Part shown: in pieces, positions 8,634 to 18,138 of the stretch
Position numbering within the stretch: position 1 is the first letter of the stretch
How the letters are laid out: each line of letters opens with the position of its first letter
DNA from: Escherichia coli
Lineage (GTDB): Bacteria; Pseudomonadota; Gammaproteobacteria; Enterobacterales; Enterobacteriaceae
Reading direction: 5' to 3' (one strand)
Length of the DNA: 64,000 bases
NCBI GenBank assembly: GCA_025544715.1
Contig: GCA_025544715.1_4109.1
Made by a program: the position numbers and the translations under genes
The notes under the pieces: model-generated
The model's database searches: none
What the model saw: only the letters and a program-made list of their open reading frames with translations
Told to the model about the DNA's origin: nothing

Positions 8634-10883
8634 ATGGCAGATTTACGAAGTACAGTTGATAATTTTCAAAATGATATTACAAGTATTACTGGTAAGGCTA
8701 AAACCACCACATCTAATGCACTTGATAGTTTGAAAGCTACAGCAAATACATTACAAAATGATGTAAAAACTATTACAAAAAATAATTACAAAGCAAATGT
8801 AAGTAATGTAGTATCATTACCAAAACAAAGTGCTAGTGTCGATCAAGTTTATGAAGATCTAGATTTAAGTCAGTTTGTAATACCGTATGACAATAAATTA
8901 TTGAAATATGATAATCCAACATGGCACTTTTGTTTATTTGCCTTAGATAAAGATGATTTTAAAAACTTTTGGCTTTACCCAGATGCAGAAGTGCAACGAC
9001 ATGTAATATCAGAAAGTGGTGTTACTGGCAAATATAATATCACTAGTGTACAAATGACACAAGCTGGCCCGTCAACACCAGGAATGACAACAAACTATTG
9101 CTTTAATACAGCAGTACTTAATATGTCTGAAAATAATAGTATGAGTCTATATGACGAATTAATTTCGTTAAGTAACAAACTTAGATATCATAAATTCATG
9201 GACTTGCCATTGATCTTGGAATTAAAGTTTATTGGCTTTAATAAAAATGGAATACCTGAAATTATCCCAGAAACAACAAGACGCTGGTCAGTTAAAATTA
9301 ATAGTGTTACTGCAAGTGCTTCACAAAGTGGTAGTACTATGATGTATACTATGAACTTAGTTCATAATAGAGCAGCTTTAGTTGATAACATTGAATGGAC
9401 ATTAAAAGAACCATTCAATTGTACTGCTGAAAACTTTGGTGACTTCTGTTTTGATTTAGAAGATAAATTAAATCAGATGGCTGACCAACAATATGGTTAT
9501 CTTAGATATAAATTTGGTGAATTATCCGAAGGTAAATTTTTCGAATTTAAAGTAGCTCCTGATTTGCAAGATTTGTTTATAAACTATGATTCTAAACAAA
9601 TGGCAGAGGCTGGAACAACTAAAAGTGGTGCACAAGGTTCTAAAAACTTTTCATGGAACCCAAGTACTCCTATATCTCGAATTATTGATGACGTTATTGA
9701 TACATGTACTGTACAAGCAGATGATAGTACTAGTGTGCGTCAATTTGTAAACATTATACCAGTTAAACAATACGTTGGTTTTGATAATTATCGTAATACT
9801 TCTGTTTATAAAGTAATTTTTTACATTGTTAGATTTAAAATAGGTGATATTGTTCATGAATCTGATTTACAACCTGAAAATTTCACATTTGAGTACTTTT
9901 TTGAGAACGCAGAAAAATACGTAGATCCTAATGATCAAAAACCAAAAATAAACATGAAAACTTATAATTATCAATTTAGTGGGCTTAATAGTGAGATACT
10001 TGATTTGGATTTGAAATTTGATCAGCAATTTTTCGTAGCCACTACACGTAACCCTGGTCCGATACAAGATGTAGCGAACCATGCAGGTACACATACATCC
10101 CAAGAACTCAATATTCAAGGTGTACAATACAATAGTATACCAGACGCATGGGCAAAAACAAGTGATTTACGTGTAACTCGTGATTTAGGAGGGATGTTAA
10201 CACAAGCCCAACAACAATTGTTAACTGAAGTTGAAACTTTAGCAAAAAATCAAATGCAGGTTGGTAACGCAGAAGAACAAGACCGTTATAATAACTATCA
10301 AGTCAATGTTTTACCTCAATATATTGAAGATTATGTAACCACTTATGAAGAAAACGATGGCGGTACTGATGGTGTTGGTCACCGTTATGGTGAAGTGTTC
10401 ACAATGCCAACCGAAGCAACTAACAATGAAACAACGTTATCCGCTTCGTTAAACGATAACAGCAGCACATATGAAATGGATAGACGTAAAATACGTGACA
10501 ACTATTACAATAGACCTTTTTTGTGTAAACTCGATATGCGTGTAGTAGGCGACCCGTACTGGTTAGGGTGGAGTGATTACTCTTACTTACAATATCTAGA
10601 ACAAGTAATTAATGGTGAAGATATGGAAATTAACCCAGATGATTATCATGTAGCAAATTATATAACATCTGAAGCGTATCTATTACTAAAATTACAACCA
10701 GTAATATCAATAAATGATAACACTGGTGTTTTGGATATTAATACACCAACTACATTTAACCAAACAATTTATCGTGTTAATAAAATTGTTCATGATTTTG
10801 GTGCAGGTGGTTCTTTTACACAACAAATTCAAGCTGCAATTGTAATTCGTGCACTCAAACGTCACGATAGTATAGTTGATTAA
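8634..10883 (+). CDS. Putative baseplate hub protein (gp27/gpD position)
   Basis: 749-aa ORF immediately upstream of the spike gene; TGGAG RBS; assignment is positional. Confidence 0.55.
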   Translation: MADLRSTVDNFQNDITSITGKAKTTTSNALDSLKATANTLQNDVKTITKNNYKANVSNVVSLPKQSASVDQVYEDLDLSQFVIPYDNKLLKYDNPTWHFCLFALDKDDFKNFWLYPDAEVQRHVISESGVTGKYNITSVQMTQAGPSTPGMTTNYCFNTAVLNMSENNSMSLYDELISLSNKLRYHKFMDLPLILELKFIGFNKNGIPEIIPETTRRWSVKINSVTASASQSGSTMMYTMNLVHNRAALVDNIEWTLKEPFNCTAENFGDFCFDLEDKLNQMADQQYGYLRYKFGELSEGKFFEFKVAPDLQDLFINYDSKQMAEAGTTKSGAQGSKNFSWNPSTPISRIIDDVIDTCTVQADDSTSVRQFVNIIPVKQYVGFDNYRNTSVYKVIFYIVRFKIGDIVHESDLQPENFTFEYFFENAEKYVDPNDQKPKINMKTYNYQFSGLNSEILDLDLKFDQQFFVATTRNPGPIQDVANHAGTHTSQELNIQGVQYNSIPDAWAKTSDLRVTRDLGGMLTQAQQQLLTEVETLAKNQMQVGNAEEQDRYNNYQVNVLPQYIEDYVTTYEENDGGTDGVGHRYGEVFTMPTEATNNETTLSASLNDNSSTYEMDRRKIRDNYYNRPFLCKLDMRVVGDPYWLGWSDYSYLQYLEQVINGEDMEINPDDYHVANYITSEAYLLLKLQPVISINDNTGVLDINTPTTFNQTIYRVNKIVHDFGAGGSFTQQIQAAIVIRALKRHDSIVD

Positions 10884-10896
10884 GGAATAAAATATT

Positions 10897-13560
10897 ATGG
10901 CAGATACAAGTAAAAAGTATGCACAACAGCAGTTGGGTCGTTTTGACCCATCTTATCCGCAGTTAGCAACTGTTATGGATAACAGAGATCCAACTAAATC
11001 AGGAAAACTGAAAGTTTGGATACAAGGTTCACAGAGTGATAAAAACTCAAAAGAATCATGGATAGAAGCATCTTACATGTCTCCTTTTGCTGGCAAAACA
11101 CCAGGCATTCCAAGTGCTGATGCATATGGTCAATATCCAAAAGGATACGGTTTTTGGGCAGTACCACCAGATGTAGGGTGTACAGTTGTTGTAATTTTTG
11201 CACAAGCCCGTACATTCCAAGCATATTGGATTGGTTGTGTATATGACCAGCGTATGAATACTATGGTTCCAGGTATGGCAACTGAAGTAAGTAATTATGG
11301 TGGAACTGATATGCCACTTCCTGTTACTGACTATGATCGTAACACTATCACTACCGATATGCAAGACAAATATGCTAACGTTCCAATCATCGCAGGTCTT
11401 AAAAAGCAAAACCTTTTATATGACGAAGAAGCTGGGTTGGCGAATCGTAGTAGTACTCGACAAACCACAAGTACTGTATATGGGATGTCATCACCGCGTG
11501 GAAATAGTTTCATTATTGATGATGGATATACTGAAGAGGAATTAACTGCACCCACATGGGATCAAGACCCAGATGGATATCAAGATACGCAATTTAATAA
11601 CCCAGTAAACGATACCCGTGTTGGTTCTCGTAAAAATGAAGGTGTTGTAATAAAAACACGTAGTGGTGCACAACTTCTTTTATCAGAAGCAACTGGTGAT
11701 GTTCTTTTAATTAACCGTGACGGTACTGCACGTATTAAATTCACTGGTGAAGGTGATATTGACATGCATTGTGACAAGAATATCAATATTCGTGCAGGAC
11801 AAGATATTAATATTACGGCTGGACGTTCATACAACATTGAAACCGGACAAGATTTCAATGCACGCGTTGGTGCAAATACTAAATTAGATCTAATTGGTGC
11901 TCTTGATGCAAAAGTTGGTGGACAAGTGGTGGTTAATTCAGGTGCTGACCTTCGTTTAGTTACGGCTGCATCATTGCGTATGCAAAGTGGTAGCAGTACT
12001 GATATTACTGCTGGTTCAAATGCGTCTATTTCTGCTTCTACATCTGCAAACTTAATTGGTTCATCTTCAGCAATTGTTAGTGGTGGAGGTCAAACATTAA
12101 CAGTTAATAGTGGTGGTAATAGCGGTACTGCTGAATTTACTGCACCAAATTTCAGAACACCATCTGCTGGTCTTAATGAACACATTCATGATATTGCCGC
12201 TTGGGTTAATGCTGAAAATCATGGTAGTTATGTTGAACCACCAAGACAAGGTGGGGGGAGTGGCTCAAGTGAATCACCAGTTCAACCCCAGCCAGCAAAC
12301 GATGTATCACCAGAACTACCAGTTGCACAAGATACAGAAGCTGTTCAGTTTGTAAACTATACATCAGAAACTGAACAAGTGCAATCTCAAGATTTAATGA
12401 CATCTGACCCTGGAATGACTGGATATAGTATTACATATGAAGGTTTACATATGTTCATGCCATGTAGTGGTACTATTCGCCAATATGGTTATTGGGGGAA
12501 AGGTGTTCCAACACAAAGTGGTGGGAAGTCAGATCGTTCTGGATGGGAAATACAATGTAAAGGTGACATAGTTGCACCCGATGGTGGTGTAATAGTAATT
12601 ACTAATGGTGCACTGTTAATACAACATAAGTCAGGATATAAATCTGTATTTTATAATATTCAATCTGATTTATTAAACAAAGATGTTGTTCAAAAAGGAC
12701 AAGTTGTTGGTAAAGCAAATGGTGTTATACAGTTTGAAATACGTGTTACATCAGCTAACGTGCTTGGTTTTAGCGGTTCAGTTGATCCTGGTCTATTTTA
12801 TGCATCTCAAACTGGTACTGGTTCTGACGCAGCCAATAAAACATTAATTGCAGGAAAAGCAACCAATCAATCTGCACCTCAAGCAGTAGTGCAACCTTCT
12901 GTTGATAGTGATGAATTAGTAGTTACTACAAAAATTAAAACAATTGGTACAGGTTATTCACAACGTGGTTCACGACATGTTCCTCGTCGAAGAAGAACAC
13001 AAAGAAGTGGTGTTTCAACTACGCCAGTTGAGCAACCAACTTATAATATAGGTAATGTTGATAAAACAGCCATAGATTGGAAAGTTGTTCCAGGTGATGC
13101 TCAGTTTATTTCTGAATTAAAAGAATATGAGGGTACATTACAATATCAACAAGCAAAGGGATATTATCGTAATGGTAAGTTCTGGCGTTATTTAGACAGT
13201 CGTGGATATCCAACTATTGGTTACGGTCACTTAATTGTTAGCGGTGAAAACTTCTCTGATGGAATAACTGAACAACAAGCAAATGATATGTTAGTTCGTG
13301 ATAGTAGTAAAGCAATTTATGATGCCAAATCAATTTATGCTTCATATAACATGAAAACTCCTTATCTTGCTCAACAAGTACTATGCCAAATGGTATTTCA
13401 GATGGGTAAAGGTGGTGTATTGAAATTTAAAACTATGTTATCAGAAATGGCAAAAGGTAATTATAAACAAGCAGCGGCACAAATTCGTAATTCTGCTTGG
13501 TATCGCCAAACCACACGCCGTGCGGAGTTAATGGCTCGTCGTTTGGAGGCATGTCAATAA
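10897..13560 (+). CDS. Baseplate central spike (gp5-like): OB-fold, beta-helix, M23-like module, C-terminal T4-lysozyme-like domain
   Basis: N-terminal LATVMDNRDPTKSGKLKVWIQG resembles the gp5/VgrG OB-fold; repetitive NINIRAGQDINITAG... beta-helix; EHIHD after the helix; C-terminal MVFQMGKGGVLKF...WYRQTTRRAELMARRLE closely parallels T4 lysozyme (recalled). Confidence 0.85.
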   Translation: MADTSKKYAQQQLGRFDPSYPQLATVMDNRDPTKSGKLKVWIQGSQSDKNSKESWIEASYMSPFAGKTPGIPSADAYGQYPKGYGFWAVPPDVGCTVVVIFAQARTFQAYWIGCVYDQRMNTMVPGMATEVSNYGGTDMPLPVTDYDRNTITTDMQDKYANVPIIAGLKKQNLLYDEEAGLANRSSTRQTTSTVYGMSSPRGNSFIIDDGYTEEELTAPTWDQDPDGYQDTQFNNPVNDTRVGSRKNEGVVIKTRSGAQLLLSEATGDVLLINRDGTARIKFTGEGDIDMHCDKNINIRAGQDINITAGRSYNIETGQDFNARVGANTKLDLIGALDAKVGGQVVVNSGADLRLVTAASLRMQSGSSTDITAGSNASISASTSANLIGSSSAIVSGGGQTLTVNSGGNSGTAEFTAPNFRTPSAGLNEHIHDIAAWVNAENHGSYVEPPRQGGGSGSSESPVQPQPANDVSPELPVAQDTEAVQFVNYTSETEQVQSQDLMTSDPGMTGYSITYEGLHMFMPCSGTIRQYGYWGKGVPTQSGGKSDRSGWEIQCKGDIVAPDGGVIVITNGALLIQHKSGYKSVFYNIQSDLLNKDVVQKGQVVGKANGVIQFEIRVTSANVLGFSGSVDPGLFYASQTGTGSDAANKTLIAGKATNQSAPQAVVQPSVDSDELVVTTKIKTIGTGYSQRGSRHVPRRRRTQRSGVSTTPVEQPTYNIGNVDKTAIDWKVVPGDAQFISELKEYEGTLQYQQAKGYYRNGKFWRYLDSRGYPTIGYGHLIVSGENFSDGITEQQANDMLVRDSSKAIYDAKSIYASYNMKTPYLAQQVLCQMVFQMGKGGVLKFKTMLSEMAKGNYKQAAAQIRNSAWYRQTTRRAELMARRLEACQ

Positions 13561-13572
13561 ATATTTTAGCAC

Positions 13573-13580
13573 TATAAATA
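13573..13580 (+). promoter_or_regulatory. T4-type late promoter box TATAAATA
   Basis: Exact TATAAATA 17 nt upstream of ATG 13597 (lysozyme gene). Confidence 0.55.
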
Positions 13581-13596
13581 AAACGAGGATATCTTT

Positions 13597-14085
13597 ATGA
13601 GTAAATGGGAAATTAAAAATACAGATGAGCAATTTTTTAAGGAAATTAAAGAATTTGAAGGAACTATTGCTTATCAGAAAAAACTTGGTTATTTTAAAAA
13701 TGATAAGTTTTGGGTATATAAAGACAGTTTAGGTCTTGATACTATTGGTTATGGTCATCTAGTTCTTCCTGGTGAAAATTTCAAGAATGGTTTGACCGAA
13801 GCTCAAGCTGACCAACTTCTTCTCAAAGATGCTCAAACTGCGTACAATGATGCAAAATCAATTTATGAACAATTCGGTATGACCGCACCAGTACAGGTAC
13901 AACGTGTATTATGGTTAATGGTATTCCAAATGGGAAAAACCAAAGTTTTGAAATTTAAAAAAGCAATGACCGCATTAGGTAAAGCTGATTACAAAACTGC
14001 TGGTAAAGAATTGCGTGATAGTACATGGTATAAACAAACCACTTCACGAGCGGAAAAGATGGCACGTATCGTTGAATCCGTATAA
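13597..14085 (+). CDS. T4 lysozyme-like endolysin (GH24 muramidase), paralog of the spike C-terminal domain
   Basis: EFEG catalytic Glu context, DTIGYGHL, MVFQMGKTKVLKFKK, WYKQTTSRAEKMARIVE; alignable by eye to the spike C-terminus across about 150 aa. Confidence 0.9.
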   Translation: MSKWEIKNTDEQFFKEIKEFEGTIAYQKKLGYFKNDKFWVYKDSLGLDTIGYGHLVLPGENFKNGLTEAQADQLLLKDAQTAYNDAKSIYEQFGMTAPVQVQRVLWLMVFQMGKTKVLKFKKAMTALGKADYKTAGKELRDSTWYKQTTSRAEKMARIVESV

Positions 14086-14100
14086 TAAAGGAAATAGACA

Positions 14101-14496
14101 ATGGCAGTTGTTTTTAAAGGGTTTTCTACCCCTGTAGTTGGTAGAACTGAAACATTGTATGATAGTGAATTGGTTCGCCAAGATTTAATGAATCATTTCA
14201 ATACAAAAAAAGGTGAACGAGCATTTGATGCTGACTATGGGTTTATTGCATGGGATTTGCTATTTGAATTGGAAGGTTATAATACTATCAACCTTTTAGA
14301 AGCAGATGCCCGTAGAATAATTAGCTTAGACCCACGTTTAAATCTTAAAAAATTACAAATTTCAAGAATAGAATATGGATACCAAATGAATATTGTATTA
14401 CAGTACGTAGTATTGGACACATTAGAAGAACTTACTATAGTATTTGATGCAAGAAGTAATAATCGAATGGCAACATATTCAGTTTCGTCTTTATAA
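14101..14496 (+). CDS. Baseplate wedge protein gp25/gpW-like
   Basis: 131 aa; KGERAFDADYG resembles the gp25 GSRPFDPEFG region (recalled); position between spike and gp6-like gene. Confidence 0.8.
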   Translation: MAVVFKGFSTPVVGRTETLYDSELVRQDLMNHFNTKKGERAFDADYGFIAWDLLFELEGYNTINLLEADARRIISLDPRLNLKKLQISRIEYGYQMNIVLQYVVLDTLEELTIVFDARSNNRMATYSVSSL

Positions 14497-14501
14497 TTAT
14501 A

Positions 14502-14530
14502 AAAGCACTCTTCGGAGTGCTTTTCTTTTT
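14502..14530 (+). terminator. Rho-independent terminator
   Basis: GCACTC-ttcg-GAGTGC followed by TTTTCTTTTT. Confidence 0.7.
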
Positions 14531-14597
14531 GAATAAATATTTCTATATATAATTCCCAGTACTGAACTAGTACTTTACTGATTTAAAGGAATAAATT

Positions 14598-17500
14598 ATG
14601 TCACAACAAAAAAGGCAATCAAATTTATACGCTGGTGAGGATTGGACTCAAGTATATGAAAGTTTTTATAAAATCAATCTAACAGCTTATGATTTCGATA
14701 CTATCCGTCAGAGTATGATTGATTATCTACGTGCAACTTACCCAGACTCATTCAACGACTGGATCGAAAACGACCAGTTTATTTTTATTTTAGATACGAT
14801 TTCTATGCTAGGTCAGAACTTGGCATTTCGTATGGATTTGAACACACGTGAAAACTTTTTAGATACTGCAACTCGTCGTGCATCAGTACTAAAACTAGCT
14901 AAAATGATTTCTTACTCACCACGCCGCTCATATCCAGGTCGTGCAGTTGCTAAATTAACCGAAATTAAAACAAACCAAGATGTTCGTAATAGTTTTAATG
15001 AATCATTAAAAGATAAAATCATTCGTTGGAATGACCCGATGGATGCTAACTGGTATGAAAACTTTATTCTAGTAATGAACAGTTCATTTGTCAGTACTAA
15101 CCAATTTGGTAATCCAGTCAAGCGTATTGATGTTAATGGTGTCTCCCGTCAACTATATCGAATGAACACCATCCCAATGACAGCACCCAGTATTCCATTT
15201 ATTGCAACTGTCAATGGTGAATCTATGACATTTGAAGTAGTGAATCCTGACATTACGTCTGTTGGTGTTGAAGAACGACATCCAGAACCACAAGAGCAAA
15301 AATATATTGTTTATCAAAATGATGGTAATGGATTTAGCTCACCAAATACTGGGTTTTTTGTATATTTCGTACAAGGTACATTAACATATCAAGATTATCA
15401 ATATGCTATCCGTGAAGAGAACCGTATACAAGATATTAACGTTGATAATATCAACGAAACTGATGTATGGGTTCAAGAAATAAATGAAGATGGTATTGTT
15501 CGTACCAAATGGACAAAAGTTCCATCAATGGAAAGTATTGCATATAACACTGTTAATCGTCAATTAAAAACAATTTTTGCTGTTACTACTCGTGATAAAG
15601 ACCAAATAACAATTAAGTACCCAGACTCAAGAAGTGGTGTTGTTCCCCGTGGGACGTTCCGTGTATGGTATCGTGTTAGTAATGGTAAAACATATAACAT
15701 TAAAACTTCTGAAATTCAAAACAAAAGCGTAAAATATACATATCGCACAAAAACACAGTCAAGTTATGAATCTAGTACATTGGATATACGTTTTTCATTA
15801 CAATATGAGTCTGACCGTGCACAAAGTGCCGAAACTATTGAGCAAATTAAAGCACGTGCACCACAAATGTACTATACCCAAAACCGTTTTGTCAATGGTG
15901 AAGATTATAATATAGCACCACTTAGTTTAGGAAATACTGTACTTAAATCTAAAGCTATTAATAGAATTTATAGTGGTCAATCAAGGTTCATTGATATCAA
16001 TGATCCTACGGGTAAGTATCAGAATACCGACGTTTTTAGTGATGATGGTGCATTATATCAAGAAAACACGCAATTTAATAGATCGTTATTGCTCCCAACT
16101 ACAAAAACAAATGCTAGTATTGTTATTGACAATATTCAACCATTGATTGGGGAAAATGCAGTAATACAACGTTACCAAGCGTATCCATCCAATACAATTG
16201 GTATTGAAATACAACAAGCATGGACTCCTGTGTACAATTCAAATTACACAACCAATACATATGGCAGAATTTTGGGTTCGTCTGGAACAGTGTATGGTTC
16301 GTATCAGGTAGGTACTCTTATTAAATTTTCTAATTCTGGTACTACGATATGGGCAAGTGTTGTAAGTGTGTTAGATAATGGTTTTTATGTACTAAGCACA
16401 TCTGTTCCTAGTGGAATGCAAGCAATAGAGTACATATTACCATATAGAACTAGATTTAACACAGTTGAAGTTCAGTCTATTTCTGCTATGTTGGATAAAA
16501 AAACCGATTTTGTAATTGTACATGATAAAGAAACAACTTCATGGGTTCCAATCGAAGCAAGTACTAATGACGATACTATTGTGTATAATGGTAATGAAGT
16601 TTTAATTATAATAAATGTAAAATATACTGCTGAAACTTGGGAATTTGATGCTAATGGTATTGAATATATATTTGTGGGTGGGGATAAAGTAAGATTTTAT
16701 TTTGTATCATCTAAAAAAATCACTGATATAAGTACTGGTACAGTTCAAAGTGATAAGATTGAAATTTTATCATCTAACACTACTAGTAGTAGTAATTCAG
16801 GATTGACAAGTAATATAGATTTTCAAATTTATGACACAATTCAACAAGAGAATGGCTATCTAGATGGTTCTCGTGTTATTGTTACATCTAGAAAAGTAGA
16901 TAGTAATGGTATACCGTTGGAACCAAACCAATTTAAAGAAATTGTTCCTACCTGGACAGGAACTGATGCATTAAAATATGGTGGTATTTTGGTATTTCAG
17001 GAAAATAGTGATTTCACTATATCAGTACTGTCTTTACCAAATGATACCTTCACACTTCTTGATTCATCGTGGTCTTATACAATGGAACAAGCCTTGGCAG
17101 AGCCGAATGCATATAAAAGAACTGAATTTGTTAGAAATAACGCAATTCGTTCAACCACATTGAGTGGATTATATAGTAAAGGTTCTGGATTTTTAGTTGG
17201 TTTTAACTATGATGGTAAATATTATTTTATTGAACAAACAGTTGGCAATAACAATGATCGTTTGGGACAACTAATTAGTAATTTAACTTATTCCGATGAT
17301 ACTGGCACTGTTAGTCCTGAATTGGCTTTTTATCGTGCAATTAATAACATGGGAACTAATGCTGACGAGAATCAGAAGCTAGATTATTATGGATACAAAG
17401 ATGTTACTTCACAGTACACTGTTAAAACTAATGCACGTACTAGTATAGACTTCCATTGGAAACACTATGCACCTGACGACAATAGAATTGATCCTAGTAG

Positions 17501-18059
17501 AACAAACTTAATTGATATGTATGTATTAACCAATTCATATAAAACTGAAGTTGACGTTTGGTTGAAAAATAATGCTGTTGGTAGTATTCCTAAACCACCA
17601 ACATCGGTTGAATTGAAAGATATGTTCAAAGATGTTGAACAAAAAATAGTCATTAGTGATAGTATCATTTGGCATAGTGCTGAGTACTTACCTTTATTTG
17701 GAAACAGTGCTGCTGAAGATTACAAAGCTGATTTTAAAGTAGTGAAATTACCAAACAGCACAATGAGTGATGATGAAATTCGTCAAAATGTCATAGCATT
17801 AACTAATGAATACTTCAATGTTGATAACTGGGATTTCGGTGAAAGTTTCTATTATACTGATTTGTGTACTTACATACACTCACAGTTAGGTAGACATATT
17901 AGTACTATTGTTATAGTTGCACAAAATCCAAATTCAAAATTTGGCTCTCTATTTGAAATCCCTTCACGTTCAGACCAAATATTCTTGAGTACTGCATCTG
18001 TTGAAAATGTTCAAATTGTTAACTCACTAGCTAAAAGTAATATTAATATCGGTTCTTAA
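14598..18059 (+). CDS. Baseplate wedge protein gp6/gpJ-like (Baseplate_J family candidate), 1153 aa
   Basis: N-terminal region (YDFDTIRQSMIDYLRATYP...FLDTATRRASVLKLAKMISYSP) fits the recalled Baseplate_J N-terminal pattern; follows gp25-like gene; AAGGAA RBS. Confidence 0.7.
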   Translation: MSQQKRQSNLYAGEDWTQVYESFYKINLTAYDFDTIRQSMIDYLRATYPDSFNDWIENDQFIFILDTISMLGQNLAFRMDLNTRENFLDTATRRASVLKLAKMISYSPRRSYPGRAVAKLTEIKTNQDVRNSFNESLKDKIIRWNDPMDANWYENFILVMNSSFVSTNQFGNPVKRIDVNGVSRQLYRMNTIPMTAPSIPFIATVNGESMTFEVVNPDITSVGVEERHPEPQEQKYIVYQNDGNGFSSPNTGFFVYFVQGTLTYQDYQYAIREENRIQDINVDNINETDVWVQEINEDGIVRTKWTKVPSMESIAYNTVNRQLKTIFAVTTRDKDQITIKYPDSRSGVVPRGTFRVWYRVSNGKTYNIKTSEIQNKSVKYTYRTKTQSSYESSTLDIRFSLQYESDRAQSAETIEQIKARAPQMYYTQNRFVNGEDYNIAPLSLGNTVLKSKAINRIYSGQSRFIDINDPTGKYQNTDVFSDDGALYQENTQFNRSLLLPTTKTNASIVIDNIQPLIGENAVIQRYQAYPSNTIGIEIQQAWTPVYNSNYTTNTYGRILGSSGTVYGSYQVGTLIKFSNSGTTIWASVVSVLDNGFYVLSTSVPSGMQAIEYILPYRTRFNTVEVQSISAMLDKKTDFVIVHDKETTSWVPIEASTNDDTIVYNGNEVLIIINVKYTAETWEFDANGIEYIFVGGDKVRFYFVSSKKITDISTGTVQSDKIEILSSNTTSSSNSGLTSNIDFQIYDTIQQENGYLDGSRVIVTSRKVDSNGIPLEPNQFKEIVPTWTGTDALKYGGILVFQENSDFTISVLSLPNDTFTLLDSSWSYTMEQALAEPNAYKRTEFVRNNAIRSTTLSGLYSKGSGFLVGFNYDGKYYFIEQTVGNNNDRLGQLISNLTYSDDTGTVSPELAFYRAINNMGTNADENQKLDYYGYKDVTSQYTVKTNARTSIDFHWKHYAPDDNRIDPSRTNLIDMYVLTNSYKTEVDVWLKNNAVGSIPKPPTSVELKDMFKDVEQKIVISDSIIWHSAEYLPLFGNSAAEDYKADFKVVKLPNSTMSDDEIRQNVIALTNEYFNVDNWDFGESFYYTDLCTYIHSQLGRHISTIVIVAQNPNSKFGSLFEIPSRSDQIFLSTASVENVQIVNSLAKSNINIGS

Positions 18060-18065
18060 TATAAC

Positions 18066-18090
18066 GGGCGTTCTTCGGAACGCCTTTTTT
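18066..18090 (+). terminator. Rho-independent terminator
   Basis: GGCGTTC-ttcg-GAACGCC followed by TTTTTT. Confidence 0.7.
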
Positions 18091-18138
18091 ATATCATAAA
18101 TAAATCAAATGAATGAACGAATTATATGGAGTCCAAAA

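Noticed and set aside
18109-18138. Track start 18109 for the giant ORF
   Set aside because: The first ATG overlaps a late-promoter-like box and has no RBS; ATG 18139 is preceded by GGAG.
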